From assembly GCA_048628825.1 (NCBI GenBank), contig CM109626.1:17021077-17085076 (forward strand): DNA of 64,000 bases, written 5' to 3'. Shown in pieces: positions 49,931 through 61,049 of the stretch. The first letter of the stretch is position 1; the number at the start of each line of letters is the position of its first letter. The translations under genes were made by a program, and so were the position numbers. Below the pieces are notes generated by a model. It saw nothing but the letters and a program-made list of their open reading frames with translations. It searched no databases and was not told the origin of the DNA. Source of the stretch: Menidia menidia. Its lineage: Eukaryota.

Positions 49931-52207
49931 GCAAGAGGGCAGCCCTGTGCATGTTTCTCATATTATAGCTATATAGATATATATTGGAGAATAGACAAAA
50001 GATGCCAAAAGTCTGTCTGTGCATTGGGAGCATTGTGTGGGTGTGCAGAAGACGCGGTGCAATGATCATTAGGTGTTACATTTGTTGTGGTGATAAGTTA
50101 TGATGTTGTATACTTTGGCTGGGAGGGATGGGGTGTTTGTGTATGCCTGGGGGGTCAGTGGCGGTCGGGTTGTCAACAAAGAGGACCGGACAATCCGAAC
50201 CCCACACAACTCTGGATTCCCGTTTTGCTCCCTCTAAGCTGTGCGGTGCAATACCTCGATTTCTACCAGCTAGCTGAGCGCTCTGTAGACTAGCTCCTCG
50301 CCAACCACGGATGGTGTTTTTGTATACACGGCCCTCAACTATTAGTTTTTAATCTCATGGATTTGAGTCCGACGTATTGGATGATGTGTTCAAAGGATCA
50401 CCACAGCGATATCTGCGTCCCCAAGAAACGGACAATCTGCCTTCACTCTGGTGGAAAAGCAAATTGAATTTTATTTATTAAATTGTAAATATGTAATGCA
50501 ATTCAAGAAAATGGCTCGGTCCTTGTCTGTTCAATATACCGTTTCTAAGCTCTGATCTTTTGTATGTCTCAGAAACTGTTTTTATATGTATTTTTTACAA
50601 TAAATAAGTGTGAAAGATGTTTGGTCGTGTTTTTTAAGGCGTTCTCTTTGTTTTCTATGTGAAACAGCTGTATTTAGAGTTGAATTCTGCCACCGTTTAA
50701 ATGTTCAAACAGGAAAAACACTGTTTACAAATTATTATTATTTCAACGTAGTAATTATTAATTGATTTTTTTTTTTCCTGTTATTTCAAGGGAAAGTTTC
50801 TAATGTTTGAAACTTCTTTTGAAAGACTTTATTTTTCTTATTTCAATTCCTGGAGAAAGCGAATGGGCTTTCTCCAGGAAATCTTAATATCAAACCTTAA
50901 AAAAGATAACTCAATAAACCAAATAAGTCAATTATGGCAATAAGTTTAACTAGTTTACTTACAGGCAGTAAGTTTGATTAAATCTACGTCTCAAGTCCGG
51001 AGAATCAACAATTTTTCATTTTAATGCTGTTTGTGGCATGAAAGACCCTTTACAGAGAAGCAAAAACCACATTTCCAGCTGAATGACAGATTGGCTTTGC
51101 GAGGGGGGGGCATTCAGTTTCAGAACATGTCACAACCTCCACTCAGTAGCTGTAAAATACAGCCGAGGTTTAGACCGCACCAGACTGACCTTCTACCGTT
51201 TCCTCTTCAGAGTTTTCTGTCACCGCTGAAGAAAGCAGCACCATTTGGGGTTGTTTGCCTTTTTGTACCTGGAGACATTAGCAAAAAGTGGTCTGTGACA
51301 ATTCCCAACCAACAAATTAATCCAAATGATTTATATTTATGAGTCAGGCCTCTTACTCTTATGCTAAAATGTCGCTCTGTGTTTGGATTGAGGGCAAAAA
51401 ATCGGAGAAACCAAAAACCAGATGAGGAAACGGCAGCGGCTGGTTTACTTCTTATCAAAGATCTCAACATAGATTCAGTCTGTGTTGAGAGTCTGGAAAT
51501 TTTGAGGTGACTGCACATGAAGCAAAGCAGGAGTTTTCACCGGCGAGGCCTCGGACTGGAGCGTCTTTTCCTCCCTTCCAACAGGCAGGAAGTGAAACTC
51601 CAGCTCAAACTGGTAATTTGACGTCTTCAGTTCCTCCTCACAGAGCCCTGTGACCCGTCCACTCCAGTGCCACCGACAGCAAGAGGTAAGAGGATCTCTG
51701 CCTATGTTCATCAGAGAATTTAAAGAATTAAATCTTAAAGACAACCTGTCGGTTTGAACTTCTTTGCTCTTTTCTTCAGTTTTTAATATTTAAAGATGGG
51801 AAGGATGCTGTGATTTGCTGGTTTAAAGAACTAAATGAACTTAAGTGGTCTGTTAAAGGAGAAAAGTCTTTGGTGCTTTGTAACGCTGACATTAAAAGAA
51901 GCAGTTAGAGCCCATTTCTATGCTGTTTGGTGTGTTTCCAGTTGGGCACATCTGGACAGATGTGAGCGTTTCCTAAGCTGCTCTGCTTCTCCTGCTCACA
52001 GACGGCGTTTCCAAACCCTGTGAATTCTGCCCCTGTTCCCGTTGGTCACGCTGTCTCCCCGCTGGTTTTCCCACAGTTGCCCCCCCCCCCCCCTCCCTCC
52101 TCCGCATAAGTTTTACTTCCTTGTGTTCACTCCACAAAAAGGCAGCAAACCCAGACTAACCCGCTTCTGCTTTGTTTTTGTCTGTTTTAATCACCACGCC
52201 AGAAGCA

Positions 52208-53495
52208 ATGGACCGTTCCACCTCGCCCCCCCCCCCCATGCCCCCACGGGGAGCAGCAGCCTCCACCTTACTCCGCTGCCCCCCCGACGTGCCCCCTGTC
52301 CACCGGTGGGGCGGCCCACTCCCACCAGGCCAGCACTGGATACCAGTCTTTCCACGACATCCTCCCACAGGAGGCCTCAGAAACCACGCCGATCATTTCC
52401 TCCTCGTCCTTCGATGACAAATCAGTGAGGAGGGGGTTTGTCAGAAAGGTTTGTGCGCCCCCATTTCTGTCACCTAACTTCAGGAAAAGAGCGCGAATGA
52501 TAGAAGACTTTGGTCAGGTTAGTTTAAGTTTAGTTTCGATTGAATCCTTTAGATGTTAGAAGTTTTGGTACAAAACAGGAAACGGCCTTTCTTTTGTCCT
52601 CTAGTTGCTATAGTGTTACATTTTTCCCTTTTTACATGTTTTGCATTTAGGTTCTTTCCCTTTGGGAGCTGTCCAAACCTCACACCTGAGGTTTGGAGGT
52701 TTGTTTTCACTTTTCTGATACTTGAACTTAAAATTGGGATGCTTTAAACAGAACTGTCTCTTCTCATGCAGGTGTTTGGCCTCCTGACCCTCCAGCTGCT
52801 CTTCACCTTCAGCGTGGTGTGTGTGTTCACCTTCTCCAGCGTGGTCAAACAGGCCGTGCAGACCAGCCTCTGGGCTTACCTCAGCTCCTTCATCGTCTTC
52901 GCCGTGGTGGCCTTCTCCCTCAGCTGCTGCCCGTCCTTCAGCCGCCGTCACCCCTGGAACCTCCTGGGCCTGGTGGGTCACACACAGGAGCTTTAGTTAA
53001 AGATAAACTGAGTTTACTGTGAGTCGAGTAGACAAACTGCTGCCTGGGATCTTCTCCTTTGTGGAATAACACAATAACACAAAGTAATCAAATGCCATGG
53101 TGACATGTTTCCTGATCATTTAGAAGAGTTCAGAGGCACCTAATTTAGTTTTTAAAAGAAAAAAACCTGCTTAGCTGGCTGTTTGAGGTTTTTTCCTCCG
53201 TGATCTCAGGCTGTCGTCACCCTGAGTTTGTCCTACATGGTGGGGGCCGTCGCCTCCTTTCACGACACCACGGCCGTGGTCATCACCATGGCGGTGACGC
53301 TGGTCATTTCTGTGGCCATCATCGCCTTCTCCGCACAGGTATAATCCTCGTTGGTTTGATAATAATATCAAATTGGTGGAGTATTTTGTACCCCCATTTA
53401 AAAATGGGTTGTCCCTTTTTCATCAATAAACACAGAAAAAAAGGAAAAGAATAAAGTTATTAGAAGAAAGATGGAAATAGACTAAAAATATATAT

Positions 53496-53551
<56 letters not shown>

Positions 53552-54053
53552 AGTATGATGAGGGTGTGCTTAATTTAATTTAGTTTGAACTCTGAAGTGA
53601 GATCTCATGTTTTTGTGTCCAGACTCGTTATGATTTCACCATTTTTTACGGCGTCCTGTTGATCCTGGCTGTGGACTTCGTCATGTTCGGGTTCTTCTGC
53701 ACCTTCTACTACTCCCACGTCAGCGCCATCGCCTACGGGTGTCTGGGCGCTCTGCTCTATTCTCTGGTAAGTCACACAGACTTTCACATATGCAGCCAAG
53801 CGGTCGAATCCCGGGCGCCGTTTTTCTGTCACTGCCCGAGAGGTCATTAAGAGTCGATTTCACCAGAGAGAAAGCAGAAGCATCCCCTGCCTGTTCTTAA
53901 TCTCCCTCCCTGATTCAGTTCCTGATGGTGGACTGTCAGCTGATGATGGGCCTCATGAGCCACCGCCTGGATCCAGAGGAATACATCAGCGCTGCTCTGC
54001 GCATCTACCTGGACATAGTGCTCATCTTCCTCTACCTGCTGGGGAGGAGGTGA
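52208..54053 (+). CDS. Lifeguard/TMBIM family gene (grina/faim2-like, transmembrane BAX-inhibitor-motif protein), 5 coding exons: 52208-52448 (contains a frame disruption), ~52772-52972, 53210-53338, 53623-53766 and 53919-54053 (stop TGA at 54051-54053)
   Basis: Exons 2-5 give VFGLLTLQLLFTFSVVCVFTFSSVVKQAVQTSLWAYLSSFIVFAVVAFSLSCCPSFSRRHPWNLLGL|AVVTLSLSYMVGAVASFHDTTAVVITMAVTLVISVAIIAFSAQ|TRYDFTIFYGVLLILAVDFVMFGFFCTFYYSHVSAIAYGCLGALLYSL|FLMVDCQLMMGLMSHRLDPEEYISAALRIYLDIVLIFLYLLGRR*. This matches human GRINA/FAIM2 (…IRKVFLVLTLQL…RKHPWNLVAL…SLSYMVGMIASF…QTRYDFTSCMGVLLV…[24 protein letters not shown]). Exon 1 encodes a Pro-rich N-terminus with a PPPY motif and ends ...SSSSFDDKSVRRGFVRK|gt; compare FAIM2 SWDDQKVRRVFVRKV. 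All donors and acceptors are canonical. Confidence 0.85.
53497..53550. repeat. (GATA)13 microsatellite in an intron of the LFG-family gene
   Basis: agatagatagatag... read directly. Confidence 0.9.
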
Positions 54054-54757
54054 ACCTGCACATGTCCTTTTTTCGAACGTACAAACTAACTCTAAACTAA
54101 TTTCCCCCCATCCACCAATAAGTTTGATATTTCCAGAAGAAAAAGCCAAAGTGGAATAAAAGTTGCTAAATACAGTTTTTATTGATACAGTGACAAAGAA
54201 ACGGGAACTACATGTAGTGCAAAATTCTCTGCTGATCGTCATTTTATCCCCTGTAAACGTGAATGTGACACCAATACACAGGAGAAACACATAAATCCAT
54301 TACAGAGATACCAGAGGACTTCAGAAACCCAACAACAGGTCATTTCAAGCTTTATCTTCTTCTTCCATGAACCCTTCCACCTTCATAACCAGCAGAATCT
54401 GGACATTAGTCAGGATCCAGTTATTGACTGCTGTCATTACCGACGGCCATCAGACAGAAACAGGCAGCAGCTTTTAAAGTGTCCGTCGAGAGTCAGTCAA
54501 AGTAAAATGGGTCTGAGCAGGTCCCATTCTGAAGAGCTTTTTCACTTTAGCAGCCGTTACTCAGGTCAGCCCTCACTACAGGAGGTATTTTCAGAAATTC
54601 ACCAATTCATCTTGTACAGAAGGCATTTAAAATACTCGTTCAGAAAAAGGCAGCTTTAACAAACGTAGCTGGAGCATCAGCTCTGAGTGAGGAGAGCAGC
54701 GTGTTCAGCTCACCCCAGAATCCAGAGCACTGAGCGGACCCCCCCCCACCGCGCTGC

Positions 54758-57700
54758 TCACCACAGCGAGGAGAAGTTGAACCTGATCCTCAGCAGGTAG
54801 CGCATGCGGACCTGAGCCGGATTGTAAACGATGAACTCGTTGTAGAGGAGCGAGTAAGCGCCGGCTTTTCCGATTCCGGTTTTCACCCCGGGCCCCATCG
54901 GCACCACCGCACCGTCCCTGGGGAGGAGAGTCACAGACACATGTTTTACACCCCCTCTTGCTTTACCAAAAAACACTCATTTTTGTGATTTCAATTATCT
55001 GTAAATGCCTCCCTTACTTCATCAGTTCCATAAAATAAAAGAAAAGAAAACTGTGATAAAGAACAGCTGAACAGATTGTTTTTGTCGTGTATTCTCTGAC
55101 CATCAGCCAAAAGCAAAGCGCTTTACCTCCTTTGCCTCAGCGACGAAGAGGCTTCATCAACTACAAATGACCACCTTTGATTCTGCGTTTTGCCTAAAAA
55201 ACAGTCAAACGTGTCCCTCACCGAGCCATTAAGCCATCCACACCATCAGGTCTTATTAGTGGTCTTTTTCTTTTTTTTTAACTGCTCATTTACACACTCA
55301 TGAGCTCAGAGACATTTCCTGCAAAGTTATTTGCAACCTAGTTTTGAATCAAATTCTAAGAGTAATGCAATTAAACTATCAGATTATTGTGGCGGCTCAG
55401 GCTTTCTTTTCAAAGGGAGCTGCTGCCCGTTGTGTAACCGCAAGCATGATGTCATGATTTCAATCTGCAGAGGAGACGAGGCGCCGTGGGACAAACAGCA
55501 GAACAAATAAGGGCAGAGCGAGGTCGGCCCATCAGAGACGCTGAGTCACTGCACGCCAAACGTTTATCTGAGGGCCGTGAACCCCCATCAGGGAGGTTAG
55601 TGGGGGGTGTTGGTCACTCTGCATTAAACCAGAACACAGAGAGGGGAAGATGCCCCTCTTCTGGACCCCTCACAGCAGCCGGTGGCCGGATATTTAATCC
55701 CTAACAGGAACTGATGAACTTCAGCGTCAGACGGCGTAAAGATTTTTGTTGCGCAACCGTCAGACGCGCCTGAAGCGATATTTGACCCGAATGAAATCTG
55801 TGAAAGTCATAAGAGCCACTGACAGCGTGACGGAGTTCCTGGGGTCGGGTCCGCTCTGCCCCAGGCCCTTGGTGCTGTGTTTCCCGGCGGGCAGCCTTGC
55901 GGCCTCGTAGTCGGCGTCCAGCAGCTCGTTGCAGTCTCCCAGGGCGACCTGCAGACAAACGGCGCCGCGTCACACCCGCCGTCCGCACATCGGGGGGGCC
56001 TCGGGGCGCCCCCTACTGGCCGGCTTCAGCTCAGAGCTCAGAGTCCAGACTCACCTCGCACAGCAGCAGCAGTCCCACGCTGCTGCTCTGCGTGGCAAAG
56101 CAGTAGTTGGCGCTTTTTGATGACATGTCAGCAAAGTAGATGCCTTTACCGAACTGGCCGAGGAGGAAAAGGACAGGGAGGGCGGTCACGTTTCAGAGGA
56201 AAGGGTGGAAAAGTCGCGAGGCAAAGCAGAGCAAGGTTAAAAAAGGTAAAAAAATGAATATATAAATTCCCATTCCACGACACAAACAGTCAGAAGATGC
56301 GTGTGTACCATGTAACCCGTGGAAGGAGCCTCAGGAGGGGCCACTCTGAGGCCTTTGCTGAGGATGCCCACCCAGTTGGAGAGACGGGAGCCGTGCCACA
56401 GCAGAGTCCTGACCGAAGCACAAAGGGAGGATGGAATAAACGGCAGCAGGGCTGAGAGTCGGCATCCCAGACGGTGCAAACCAGAGCAGAGCTACTTACC
56501 TGTTCTGTAAGTCTGAGAGGAAGCTGCTGCTCTCCCCGTCTCGGTCCACCGAGAAGATGTCCAGCACGGCCATGGTGTAGTCGCGGTGAGTGGGAGCGTG
56601 AGTGGACTGCAGATACTTCTCTATCACCTTCACACAGAGAGGAGACGCGATGAGAGGCTGAATACATGACCACTGTAGCCGTAGTTACGGCTAAATTTAG
56701 AGGGGAAAACAGGAATAGGTGTAGGAATAAAAGCGAAACTATAAACCAGCTGGAGGAGTTGAGAGGTAATCATTCTACCCCCTGACTCACAAGTCTGCAT
56801 GAGATCTGTCCGTCTGATTCAGGAGTTCTCACTCAAAACACCAGAAAAGTCCAAAAATCTGAATGAGACTGACCTGATATTCGCTACTGCTGGAATCCAG
56901 GGGCTGCAGTTTGCACTGGAGGGAGCGGTATTGTCTGTCCAGAGGATGTTCATCCCCACCTGCACTGGACTGGACCATTTTCACTGCGATCCGGATGTCA
57001 CTTAAAGCCTTAAAGAGAAAACAGTGTCACAAAACACCAGGCTTAAAGGTTCCTGCTTAAAACCCTCCAGTTAATAAACAGAGAAAAGGTTTGTGGTCTC
57101 CCGTTGAGTGTTCATGACCAAATAACTGACCCATAATGTGGTCAAATTCGCAAAAAATCTTCAATATCGTAGTTTACCTCCAGCAAAGTGATTTTTTCCT
57201 TCAGCTCATCCTCCGTGCCGATGATGGGGGGAGTTCTTAACCTGGAGAATTACGCTGTTTAGTCCCATTGAAGTAAGCGTTATCAGGAAGAGCGCAGACG
57301 CTCAGCCGAATGCTTCCTACCCAAAGTCGTGTGGGATGCGGGTGTAGAACTGGTTGCACGCTTCCAGCAGCTGCTTATTGCTGCCCTTCCTCTTCAAGCA
57401 TTCCTCGATGGTCTTCAGAGCTTCATAGCCCGCTCGGATCTGCTCTGAGGTCAGCTTTCCTAAAGGGGAAATTGACAAAAGGTATCAGGAGCACGAATGG
57501 CCATCGGCCGGGGCTTCGGTTTTATGGGAAAGCCCCACGAACCCAGAGGAGCTTTTCGGGTGTCAAACTTCATCTCCAGCACACACTCCTCCATGGCCTT
57601 CAGGTCGCAGATGAGCTGGAGCAGAGACTGGACCTTGACGTCCAGCTTTGAGGTGTGCTTTGGGGTTGCTGCATCCACTGTGGTCTGGTTCTCCTCCTGG

Positions 57701-59922
57701 AGGGGAGGAAAAACACACTGAGGTGTCCCGCCATCCCGAAGCCCCGGGGGAGACCGGCTATCAAAGGCACCTTTTCGTTGGCGCTGTAATCCACGAACAC
57801 CATGTCGTACTTCCCAGCCACTTTCTTAAAACTGTCCCGGCTTTCCCACTCGTTCAGTGTCTTGTTCCGAAACCTGCAGCAAAGGCGTCAGAGTGTCAGT
57901 CAAAGGCCTCCACAGAGGGGCCTCCGCTCAGCGGGGGGGCAGGGTCTCACTTTTGTGTGAAGAAATCCTGGGCCTTCAGCAGGTCCCCTCCAAAGGCTGT
58001 CAGGCTGCTTTGGCCGACTTTGCCCACTGTGGAAATATCAGACGCATCGCTGAGAACATTTCCGGCTGATCAACCCAGTACAAAATGAGTAATGGGTGGG
58101 CGGTGAGGTCACCTCGGCCCCATCTCAGCCACACGCTGTAAGCCTTGGAGCTGTCGTCCTCCAACAGCTGGATCAGGTAGTATTTGTTGTTGTTGAACTG
58201 AAGGTTTGTCTGCAGAGTAAAAGTTACAAAGTGTCTCTTTTAAGCTAAAAAAACATTCATATTCAAACTAAAATAAAGCTTATCAAAGCCTAAAATGTGT
58301 CTTCAGTCCTCTCAGAGTAAACACCATGAAGATAAAAAACCTCCAGACTGTATTTTAAAGTGGGATAGAAATGGATTTAATCTGTGCTAAAACTCTTGCA
58401 TGGCTCTATTAATAAAAAAGCAGAAAAGACATTTCCAAGCTGGTGGTTTTACCTGGTTCAGCATCACATCATAGACATCTTTTCCTTCACAGTAGACATG
58501 AGCCTGAAAGAGAAACCAAAAGTTGTGTTGTATGACCACCGTCATGTAAAAATGTGCTGTTCATCGAACCTTTTAGGCCATCTCAACTTTTAGGCCATCT
58601 CAAACATCTTTAGGATTGAAACCCTGACAAAACACCCTTTTCCTTCATATTAGAAACATTTAATATGTATGAAAAGAGGTAAAAGAAAAGCAGGTATATT
58701 TTCTCTCCTAGTTGTTTGCCATTGGTTTGTGCTGAAAAATATGAAGTCACATTCAGACTTGAATCAACATACTTTCACCTTCTGTCTCTGAATAAGAAAG
58801 GATGGCTGTTAGTTGGTGCTCTACTCAAACCTTGAAACCACAATCACGACTACACAGCAGTTTTATGCACCTTTCCTAGTTTGGCTTTGCATTCAGGGTC
58901 CACCGGAGCTTTGCCCTTCATCACCACCGTCCTCACAACCTCTGCAAAGCAAAGACAGATCAGAAATATCAGAGTAAGAAACTCCTGTTTGGAATGTGGT
59001 TCAAAGGAAAGTGTTCCACAGTTACCTTCACTTTTTACGTCTCCTTCGGGCGTTTCTTCTGTTTTCCTCTGTGTCTGGCTTCGCCCTCTTCTCCTCTTGG
59101 CTGCTGGCGGCTCTTTTGTCTCCCCCTCGTCTTCCTCTTTGACTGGAACTGACGTTTGTTCTGGTGCAGCCTGGTCATCAGCTCCATTTAAACTCTCTGC
59201 ACACCACAGGAGAGCAGAAGAGTGACAGAGAAAATAAGTACTGTATATTTATACAAGCAGCAGAAAACCCGACAAGAATTTTGCCTAATTTAAAAATTAA
59301 GGACATCAAATTGGGTAAGAAATCCCACAAGAATCACAGCTAATAAGAGTAAAATGGAGTTATTAAAATCTTATTATCAGACAAAGACAGACTGACACTG
59401 TTGGGACAAAAGTAACACTCCATTTTTTTTCATCTGGCCACTATTAGGTTTTGTTTTGGGACACAGCATTTCCTCCTTGATATCAAGCACATTCTCAGTG
59501 GGGTTTAGTTCTCTCAGGACATTTTATGTTTAACCATCGTTCAGGCTGTAATGCCAGTACTTTAAGTAATTTTCCAGTGGCCTACTGATTTCCTCAGTTA
59601 AAACTGAGGTTGTGACTTCTTGTTGCCTCAGCCGAGTACAAAGGAAAACTCAGTACACACCTAGTTTTACAATCTGAGAGCGGATCTTCCTCTTGTACTT
59701 CGTCTGTGGATTAATCTGGACCATCTTCTTCAGGTCTACTTCATACACGATCCCTGGGCCCAGAGTCAGACGGACAGATGTCTGCCCAGAGGAGACGGCG
59801 GAGTCCAGCTGGGCACAGGCTGAGGGGGAGTACGGCTCCCACTGGCCTTCATCTCCTTTCCACTGCCACACTGAGCACAAACAGACGCAGCGAGGATGCT
59901 TAGAACTTATTATGTCACCCAT
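54758..59922 (-). CDS. parp2: Poly(ADP-ribose) polymerase 2 gene. Exons identified on the minus strand: 59660-59922 (ATG plus WWE domain), 59026-59196 (basic N-terminal region), ~58875-58950, ~58445-58500, ~58108-58210 and ~57940-58030 (WGR), ~57600-57830, ~57250-57680 (helical regulatory domain exons), ~56500-56631, 56309-56408, 56055-56153, 55824-55947, and 54758-54916 (catalytic domain; stop at 54758-54760)
   Basis: There are collinear matches to human PARP2. [16 protein letters not shown]|[17 protein letters not shown]|[32 protein letters not shown]|[12 protein letters not shown] matches [92 protein letters not shown] matches [52 protein letters not shown] matches [57 protein letters not shown]...[34 protein letters not shown]|[18 protein letters not shown]...|[42 protein letters not shown]|DGAVVPMGP...[32 protein letters not shown] matches human ...[34 protein letters not shown]...[29 protein letters not shown]. 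All splice junctions examined are canonical and in phase. Confidence 0.9.
59660..59922 (-). CDS. parp2: First coding exon of parp2, encoding a WWE domain. It starts with ATG in good Kozak context (cacaaATGG), has a donor ctag|gtgtgt in phase 1, and joins the basic N-terminal exon in frame.
   Basis: The translation is [87 protein letters not shown]. It fits the WWE consensus (W-x-W...dGxWxPYsp...LE.A...g...v.l.....Y.vDf..M.Q.N..Tg..R.irR) as seen in Deltex and RNF146. The next exon, 59026-59196, begins with 2 nt that complete a codon, so it requires a phase-1 upstream exon, and this exon provides one. Confidence 0.65.
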
Positions 59923-61049
59923 TTGTGTGGGAGCGATCCATAGATCTAACAACAAATACCTAAAACAGATTAATCACAATGCTTTTTTCCAGACACGTTA
60001 TGCTTATACACAACACAGATTAACAAACAAACAAAATAAGACATCTTAAATAGTTCCATTTTAATAAATTTGGTTTGTTTGGCTTGATTGACTTTGTAAC
60101 CTAATAGGTGTGTGCTGTTTTTCAGAGTTTTGATCTTTTCAGGCTTAAAATTGGAAGCTTTCTGAAATCCTAGTAATCTCTGACATTTTGATCGTTTCAG
60201 TAATAAATAAACAAATGATTTCTTAGAAGCTGGTCAAATTAACTAATGAACACAGCACAGAACAAATGCACATATCATAATATATTATCATAACAATCAC
60301 AATATATGAGTATATGTTATAATAAACAGAATTTGGCAGAAACTAAATCTAATAATTCAACAGGCCCACAGGTAGGCCTGCTGAATTGTTCTCGGGTGTC
60401 GTGCAAACCTTAACTTGTGAATAAAATGATGTCCGGACATGTCTGCTAACCGTTGTTACCATGTCCGGCGAAAAAGGAGCACCAACCTGTTTTCGTGGGA
60501 CCTTCTTCGTTTTCAGCGGTGCTCTGAATTTTATTTCTTGAGCTTCTGGTTCTCCTCATTTTTGCCTACAAAAATATTTAGCTACCAACTGAGTCAGAGG
60601 GACAAAAGTGACAACAAAAACACGGCGGGAAAGTTTATTTCCTGCTTTTTTCATTTCCAGGTCTGTGTCCACTAAAGATCGTATAACATGAAGATGATTC
60701 ATCCCAGTGTTTAAAAGAGACATTTTTTTCAGCACAGGCGTCTTAACCAAAACTAAGACTTTCAACAGTTAATGTTAACTCTAACACAATTACGTGTAAT
60801 GGTTAACAAAATTGTAAAGCATGATTGAAAGAGACAAACTATATGTTTAAACTTCATTTAGATAAAAACGACAGAGTGAACACTCTGTTTCCAAGTGACG
60901 GAACGAAACTTGTCAGATATTTTGTTCCGCTTTAGCTACTGGACGGAATTATTTTCATGAGGGATGCCTGCGCTTAGCGTGTTGCGTCAAGTTGTGGATG
61001 GAAAAAAATGAGTTTTAACTCATTTACACCCTGATTTGATGGTGTTGAC
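59923..61049. promoter_or_regulatory. Putative bidirectional promoter region between parp2 (minus) and mettl17 (plus)
   Basis: The two start codons face outward about 1.1 kb apart. The region contains a CpG-containing segment and a 10-bp perfect inverted repeat, gtccggacatg...catgtccggc, at 60431-60470. I cannot map the TSS. Confidence 0.35.

Noticed and set aside
52042-52428. 128-aa Pro-rich plus ORF upstream of the LFG gene
   Set aside because: It is another frame of the same Pro-rich first exon. The biologically sensible frame is the one ending ...FDDKSVRRGFVRK at the donor; see the frameshift finding.
59923-61049. Looked for an RNase P RNA (rpph1), which shares a promoter with PARP2 in human
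   Set aside because: No conserved RNase P RNA sequence motifs (GGGAAGGUCUGAGA-like) were visible by eye. Only a covariance-model search could exclude it properly.
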